In this document: one piece after another, positions 60,917 through 64,000 of the stretch
How positions within the stretch are numbered: the first letter of the stretch is position 1
Layout of the letters: the number at the start of each line of letters is the position of its first letter
Virus record (IMG/VR): IMGVR_UViG_3300028833_000142
Coordinates: 1-64,000 of that record
Strand: one strand, 5' to 3'
DNA from: a virus
Taxonomy: Duplodnaviria > Caudoviricetes
DNA: 64,000 nt
Program-made: the position numbers and the translations under genes
The notes under the pieces: generated by a model
The model's input: the letters and a program-made list of their open reading frames with translations, nothing else
Database searches by the model: none
What the model was told of the DNA's origin: nothing

Positions 60917-61105
60917 CAAAATAAAAAGCAAGTGTAAAATCACGAGTAAACCACGTGGTGAATAAGATTTATCATAGCAAATAAAATTTAACATGTAGTC
61001 CACATGTCATGCCGTAGCTCAAGCTAAAAAAATGCGATTAAAACTCTTGACTTTTGGGAAATTTTTTGCTAAAATAATTGTGTTAGTAAAATAAAGAGGA
61101 AAAAA

Positions 61106-61831
61106 ATGATAGGTAGTAGTGATTTTTTTGATTTTGACATTTCAGAGCAGGATAATTTGAGCTTTTTCACATCAACCAATATTAAGACTGTTCTTGGCAA
61201 AAATCAAGTTTTGAACTTTATAGATAAAATGAATTTTGAATTAAAAATGTTTGATTTTTCAGAAACCGCATTGAATATTGCAAAATTTTATGAAGAAAGT
61301 AAAAATACAAAAGGGATTATATCTTTTTATCAAAATCAAGTGATACAAATGATTTTATATGTTATTGAAAATTATCCCGAATTAAAAAAATATTTATATG
61401 AAAGAATTTTTGATAGTATTGAACAAGATAAAATTAAGTGTTTAGACAACACTTTTAAAAACAATGAAGAAATTTATCAAAAAACACAAGAACAAGTAAA
61501 TAAGTTTGTTGAACAAAAAGCAATTTATGAAAAGAAAATTAAAAAAATAATGAAAGATAATAAATGCAATAGAAAAACCGCAGAGCTTATATATGAAAAC
61601 GAGAGATTGAAGAAATTAGCTCAAAAACAAGGCTTTGTATCACCGAGTTTTGGTGTAGAATTTCCAAATATACCTAATATATTCGGCACAGGCATACCAC
61701 AAGCACCTCAAAAAGATAGTGGTTCAAAAAACATAACTTCATCTGATGATACGGTAGAACAAGAAGAAATAATTATTGACGATACACAAAATAATAACGA
61801 CTCTTTTGATGATGAAAATTTTTGGTCTTAA
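61106..61831 (+). CDS. Hypothetical protein with an acidic C-terminus
   Basis: Promoter at 61048; RBS GAGG. Confidence 0.65.
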   Translation: MIGSSDFFDFDISEQDNLSFFTSTNIKTVLGKNQVLNFIDKMNFELKMFDFSETALNIAKFYEESKNTKGIISFYQNQVIQMILYVIENYPELKKYLYERIFDSIEQDKIKCLDNTFKNNEEIYQKTQEQVNKFVEQKAIYEKKIKKIMKDNKCNRKTAELIYENERLKKLAQKQGFVSPSFGVEFPNIPNIFGTGIPQAPQKDSGSKNITSSDDTVEQEEIIIDDTQNNNDSFDDENFWS

Positions 61832-61910
61832 TATTTCTTTATAAAACACTTGACAGGCATGGTAAAATATGTTAAAGTGTATATGTAAGTTAAAAAGAAA
61901 GAGGTACATT

Positions 61911-63659
61911 ATGGGTGATGTAGTTTTATTAGAAAACAAACAACAAAGAGAAGAAAGACGGTGGGTTGAGTACCAATTAAACAACATGCCGTATGAAGAA
62001 AAAAGATATTATATAGCGAAAGTTATACTAAAATTTAATGATAGAACATCAGCAAATATAATATGTGGTAAAAAACTGAACGATATTGAGTTTCAGCAAT
62101 TTAAAAATACGCTAAAACAATATGTTTAATATTTCTTAACAAAAAGGTTGACAATTTTATAAATAAGTGCTATATTTATTATATAAATAAAGAAGTACAA
62201 TAAATTGAAATCAAAAAGAAAGCGAGGTTCAATATGTAGTGGCTAATGTACCGAATATGGTTAAGGCACATTGTAAGATTTAAAACCACAAACAATTTTT
62301 ATTTTTATAGGATTTAAAATCAATAGTACAAAAAGAAAGAGGTAAAAAATGAGTTACGAAATTGTAAAAACTTTAAGCGTAAACCAAAATGAAAATGGTA
62401 AATGGTACGCAAAGGTAGTATCGGCTTGTAATAATTGCTATCCGCATTATTATTCAGCATGGGATTATGGGTTTTTTGATACAAAAGAAGAATTGCAGAA
62501 ATCTTTACTATTAGATTTCTTTCATGGTAATTTTCATGGTGGCACATCAACCAAATACGGACAATTTATTAAAAGTTTAGGTGGTTGGGGTAGTAAACAA
62601 GATAACGGTAGTTACGTATGTAAAATACACAGGTTTTATGATGATATTATATACGGCTCTTTATATGGTAACAAATATAAAGATGTTGATAGAAAAATTT
62701 GTAGTAAACTATCTGTTAGACGAGATAGAGAATTAAGAAGATATTTATATAAAGAATTTCAACAGTTTTCTAACACGCATAAACCATGCAAATTAAGAAC
62801 ATGGTCATATAATAAATATCTTAATGAATGGGTAGCAGGTGCATACTTGCATACTTATTATAAACAACGCAAAGGTGCGTATTTTACAAACAGTTATGAA
62901 AATGCTACGGTTTATAATAAAGCAAGTAAAATAGGTTATTTAACAAAACTTGCTGAACAAAACGGTTTAAGAGTAGAAAAAATATATGTGTAGAAAGAGG
63001 TGTAACATGCTTTCAAAGAAACTTCAAAAAGCCATAGAGAAACAACTAGAACACGATTTTAGAGCAGATAAAGATGTATTGAGGGTATTTATAACCAAAT
63101 GTCCAAAAGGTTCATTAAAAACTTGTTTAATGGCTTGTGAACAAAATTATTGTGGTGTTAAAATATTACTTAATTGGGATTATAATTATAAAACAATAAA
63201 TGCAAGATATTGTGAGGTATAAAATGGAATTAACAGTTAAAAACTTTAAAAAAGCATTATCAAAAGTTGATGAAAACAAAATTGTATATGTAGAGGGTGG
63301 TTTTGGTCGCTCTGATATACATGTAGCGTATGATATAAGAGAATTATCAAATGGTAATATTATGGTAAATATTGACGGTTGTTGTGGTGAAGATGATAGA
63401 GAAAACACTCAATTTGATTACGAATATTTTGTCGAAAGTAAAAGTTTAATTAAAGAGGTATAATATGAAGAAATATATTATTTTATTATTGATTTTGATT
63501 TTAAACTTTGGTTTATTATGTCATGCTCAACAAAAACAAGATAAACCAAAATCACCGAGTCAAAGTACAAGTAAAGAAAATAAAATCAGAAAACAAAATT
63601 TTGATTTATGTGTACTAAGTGGCAAAAATAGGTCATATTGTTATTATTTATATTATTAA
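61911..63659 (+). other. Early-type small genes (~61911, 62349-62993, ~63008, ~63224, 63465-63659 with a signal peptide)
   Basis: Each block has a consensus promoter (61850, 62148) and GAGG RBSs. Confidence 0.6.
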
Positions 63660-63839
63660 GACTAATTGTTAAGAAATGTAAAATAATACAAAAGATGTAT
63701 TGACTTAAGGTAAATAATGTGATACTATATAATTGTAAACCAAAGAGGAAATTTTAAAAGTTAATTCACCTCTCTAAAAGAAGATATAAATTAAGGTTTG
63801 CAAAAGAGTTACAAAATAAAGCATAGAAAGAGGTGTACA

Positions 63840-64000
63840 ATGGGTACAAGAGGACTTACAGTAATTGTTAAAGACAATCAAATCAAATTATCAAACTACC
63901 AACAATTTAATAGTTACTTTGATTACACAGGTATTAAGTTTTTAGAATTTTGTAAAGAGAATTTAAACGAAGAAAGAAAAATTAAAAACTTTTCTGAAAA
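63840..64000 (+). CDS. MGTR-start conserved phage protein (3'-partial)
   Basis: Promoter at 63700, RBS GAGGTG, MGTRGL...YQQFNSY; runs off the window. Confidence 0.6.
   Translation, partial: MGTRGLTVIVKDNQIKLSNYQQFNSYFDYTGIKFLEFCKENLNEERKIKNFSE

Noticed and set aside
62225-62294. RBS followed by ATG-TAG and a hairpin resembling a tRNA 5' half
   Set aside because: There is no T-arm and the read-through peptide is not recognisable. It is most simply a decayed duplicated gene leader.
1-64000. Stop-codon reassignment
   Set aside because: Well-conserved genes are full-length in code 11 and end naturally at TAG (23403, 43324) or TGA (45011) as well as TAA.

Overview
A 64 kb, very AT-rich slice of a large contractile-tailed (myovirus-like) dsDNA phage genome in the standard genetic code, with nearly all genes on the + strand. 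No rRNA, integrase, reverse transcriptase or canonical tRNA was seen. Layout: 1-19.3 kb baseplate, tail-fibre and receptor-binding module; 20.4-20.9 kb origin-like repeat region; 21-44 kb replication and nucleotide metabolism (Tdk, DnaG, DnaB, DnaE, RuvC-like, sigma factor, intein-containing NrdD, NrdG); 44-60 kb accessory genes; from 61 kb small early-type genes. An HNH gene resembles, from recall, a family typical of Gastranaerophilales (gut Melainabacteria), which suggests the host. Best leads: (1) an LRR tail protein whose 81-bp tandem repeats have an invariant core and adenine-biased variable segments (DGR-like signature, with no RT or template in the window); (2) a radical SAM/SPASM enzyme followed by four unrelated proteins that share an MK(I/V/L)RxGFVSNSSSSSF N-terminus; (3) two ncRNA loci behind the same boxA-like leader, one a compact ROOL-like RNA and one a tRNA-like RNA with further structured RNAs; (4) a small RNA built from inverted CRISPR I-B-like repeats; (5) a catalytically dead fragment of a defence-type ABC ATPase. 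All family calls are from motif recognition only; no database searches were run.
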